Assembly (NCBI GenBank): GCA_013166835.1 | Contig: JABLTI010000011.1 | Location: 1 to 47,869 of the forward strand | Direction: 5' to 3' | Source of the DNA: Promethearchaeati archaeon | Lineage (GTDB): Archaea; Asgardarchaeota; Heimdallarchaeia; JABLTI01 | Length of the DNA stretch: 47,869 bases | Shown: positions 46,544 to 47,869 of the stretch, one piece after another | Position numbering within the stretch: position 1 is the first letter of the stretch | Layout: every line of letters begins with the position of its first letter | Program-made: the position numbers and the translations under genes | Notes under the pieces: generated by a model | What the model was told of the DNA's origin: nothing | Databases searched by the model: none | Seen by the model: only the letters and a program-made list of their open reading frames with translations

Positions 46544-47683
46544 TTAGAAGCATCTCAAAACAGCGCTTGGGCCGAGATCTTTGTATTCTTTCTTGGTGAC
46601 CCACATCTTTTGGAAGGTCTTCAAGCTGGAAAGGATTGAACCTCCAATCCATACAGAATATCTCCTCTCGGGAGGAGCGATGATTTTGACTTCGATTCCC
46701 TCAGGAACCTGTTCGGTTAATTCTTTGTGAAGTCTCTCCTTGAGTCCACTGAACATGGTGGAACCACCAGATAATACGATGTTCTGGTAAAGTTCTCGTC
46801 TCAAGTCAACATCACACTTGTTGATTGCTTGGAAGATTGCGTCATCAAGTGCTTGGGCTTCCCTACCAATTTGTTGTGGTTGGAAGAAGACTTCAGGAGC
46901 GAGGAATCGTTCAGTACCAATGGTTAAAACATTGCCATCTGGCATTTGATATGTTTTCTCCATACCTGAAACTTTCTCAGCTAGTTGTAGTTCCTTTTCG
47001 GGATCTAATGCAACGTAACATAATTTCTCCTTAATATCTCGCACTATTTCGAGTTCAGCACTACTGGTTAGTGAATAGCCTTTCTGTCGTAAAAGTCTTC
47101 GGAAGTAATTTGTGATATCTCTGCCTGCTAAGTCGATTCTGTCAATTGCGTGGGTCAAAGCGAAACCTTCGTAGATAGGGACAATGTGAGTTACACCGTC
47201 ACCAGAGTCAACAACTAAACCAGTTGTTCGACCGCTAGCGTAAAGTGAAAGAACTGCTTGCATAGAAACATACATGGCTGGAACATCAAATGTTTCAAAC
47301 ATAATTTCAGCCATCTTTTCGCGGTTGTGTTCAGGGTTCAAAGGTGCTTCAGTTAAAAGAATAGGGTGTTCATTTGGGTTTTCACGTAAATCATTGTAGA
47401 AAGTAAAGTGCCAGATCCTCTCCATTGCGTCCCAGTCTTCGACTGTTCCGTGCTCAATGGGGTAGAGTAATCTTAAAACACCTCTTAAGTTAAGAGCTTC
47501 CTCTCCGATATAGTATTCACGCACATAGTGTTCAACGTCAGTCATGATTGATTGGTATTTTGGATAGCCAATCAATGTTGGAAAGACACTTCGTGGCTGG
47601 TCTTCTCCGGCATAACCATTCTTAGACAAACCAGTGCCGTTGTCGATTACTAACGCTTTCTCCTGTAATATTTCTTCGGACAT
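46544..47683 (-). CDS. act: Eukaryote-like actin (Asgard Lokiactin type)
   Basis: [115 protein letters not shown] and C-terminal RCF. Confidence 0.98.
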   Translation of the reverse strand: MSEEILQEKALVIDNGTGLSKNGYAGEDQPRSVFPTLIGYPKYQSIMTDVEHYVREYYIGEEALNLRGVLRLLYPIEHGTVEDWDAMERIWHFTFYNDLRENPNEHPILLTEAPLNPEHNREKMAEIMFETFDVPAMYVSMQAVLSLYASGRTTGLVVDSGDGVTHIVPIYEGFALTHAIDRIDLAGRDITNYFRRLLRQKGYSLTSSAELEIVRDIKEKLCYVALDPEKELQLAEKVSGMEKTYQMPDGNVLTIGTERFLAPEVFFQPQQIGREAQALDDAIFQAINKCDVDLRRELYQNIVLSGGSTMFSGLKERLHKELTEQVPEGIEVKIIAPPERRYSVWIGGSILSSLKTFQKMWVTKKEYKDLGPSAVLRCF

Positions 47684-47869
47684 TGTGATTTTTCCCCTCG
47701 AGGGACTTGTATATTTACAAGATACTTTGTAATAGAAGGTTATATCTTGGGAATATAAATAAAACGGTTGAGGAATTTAAGAGTTACTTTCAGAACACCG
47801 CTATTTTGTATGTTGTAAGATTTACGACGCATTTCGTATGATATACGATATGCTGATTCTTTTACTAGA

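Noticed and set aside
642-47034. Short ORFs overlapping or antisense to well-supported genes (e.g. 642..974, 4777..5160, 7705..8292, 14023..14502, 43819..44169, 46825..47034)
   Set aside because: They are shadow ORFs of genes with clear motifs and have no recognisable domains.

Overview
An AT-rich chromosomal segment of an archaeon, very probably an Asgard archaeon. The evidence is a eukaryote-like actin (Lokiactin type) alongside archaeal spt5, secE, ftsZ, A/V-type ATPase A and B subunits, an AglH/Alg7-type glycosyltransferase and iorAB. It holds about 37 protein genes and one tRNA-Val(TAC); I see no CRISPR array, rRNA, integrase or transposase. The main points of interest are: (1) a co-oriented SRAP/HMCES-type abasic-site protein and a family-B polymerase with intact polymerase motifs but a degenerate proofreading site, both ending in clamp-binding-like motifs, which is a candidate damage-tolerance or mutagenic module; (2) a three-gene operon around a Dna2-like Fe-S nuclease-helicase with a palindromic operator; (3) a TrmB-like protein with about 550 residues of helical rod inserted; (4) two sharp A-rich to T-rich switches in synonymous codon use, one inside iorA and one centred on the tRNA; (5) a tRNA-Val with U at position 37; (6) a membrane-anchored M23-type peptidase; (7) an amphi-Trp protein with a WASP-like DDEW acidic tail near actin; and (8) a frameshifted galU. 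All calls come from reading motifs by eye; no database searches were run.
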